DNA from: Mytilus edulis
Lineage: Eukaryota
NCBI RefSeq assembly: GCF_963676685.1
Contig: NC_092355.1
Location: forward strand, 24,986,001-25,050,000
Length of the DNA stretch: 64,000 nucleotides
Direction of reading: 5' to 3'
The position numbers were made by a program, and so were the translations under genes. Shown piece after piece: positions 63,381-64,000 of the stretch. The notes below the pieces were generated by a model that was not told the origin of the DNA, did no database searches, and was given only the letters and a program-made list of their open reading frames with translations. Numbering within the stretch: the stretch's first letter is position 1; every line of letters starts with the position of its first letter.

Positions 63381-64000
63381 TAAGCAATATTGATGAAATC
63401 TTTTCTGACCAGCATTACTTAGCATTGACCTCTGTTATAAGAAAGAAGCTCTGGAGAGGATGAAAAGTTCATTATAAAATGATACTTCTGTTTTAATTTC
63501 TTTAACTACGTATACAGACCAAATCCGAAATTTGAATATGAATCATTCATGCTTATAAATTGGGAAAAAAACGTGACTTGGTTGTCCTTGTCATTATAAC
63601 TTTAGAAATTATTATTGGAGAATAAAATAATTTGGGCATATAGCTATGAATATTGAAATATACTTTTGAAATTATGGTCTCTGTTGCAAATTTTCTTTTA
63701 TAAATCAAAACAATATTAACGTTAAAACATTACTGCCCAAGATGTTTAATACAATTGATGTCTTTCTAGGAATGTCCGATGCCAAAACAAGGTCTCACAG
63801 TATTAAGAAATTATTACATTATTTAATTGAATGTTTAAGTTCTTATTTCTTTATAAATCATTTAAAAATCATCCAGCATTGTATTTAAAGGTGTTAGTTT
63901 CTAATATAGTTTCTAATACCGAGTACAGATGTTTAATAAAAAAACATTCAATGGCCAACATATGGCATTAGTGGTGATATATGTACTCATCTTTTATTTC

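Noticed and set aside
63770-63890. Next exon of the F-type lectin gene after a TTTCTAG acceptor
   Set aside because: The phase-1 reading gives no recognisable domain; cannot be supported without transcripts

Overview
AT-rich, intron-containing eukaryotic DNA. The repeat landscape and gene content point to a bivalve mollusc, probably a Mytilus-type mussel (inference). Main contents: (1) a ~167-bp satellite array that flips orientation at ~741, followed by a Helentron/HINE-like element and a GAATAGG(TAAC) array. (2) A complete six-coding-exon minus-strand gene (17105->8309, 233 aa) encoding signal peptide + 7-Cys beta/big-defensin-like module + one MAM domain. It has a GC-AG intron whose read-through would give a stand-alone defensin-like peptide ending at an AATAAA. 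(3) An 8.5-kb TIR DNA transposon (31692-40212) with a PIF/Harbinger/ISL2EU-group DDE + SWIM transposase. It is inserted at AAA|TTT with no target-site duplication, as shown by an empty paralogous site in the same window. (4) Decayed Penelope-like (Naiad-type) retroelement fragments and several minimal hammerhead-ribozyme motifs. (5) Two exons of a plus-strand F-type lectin gene with an intact fucose-binding motif. (6) tRNA-derived SINEs, MITEs, minisatellites and local duplications/inversions. Most short ORFs in the supplied track are spurious.
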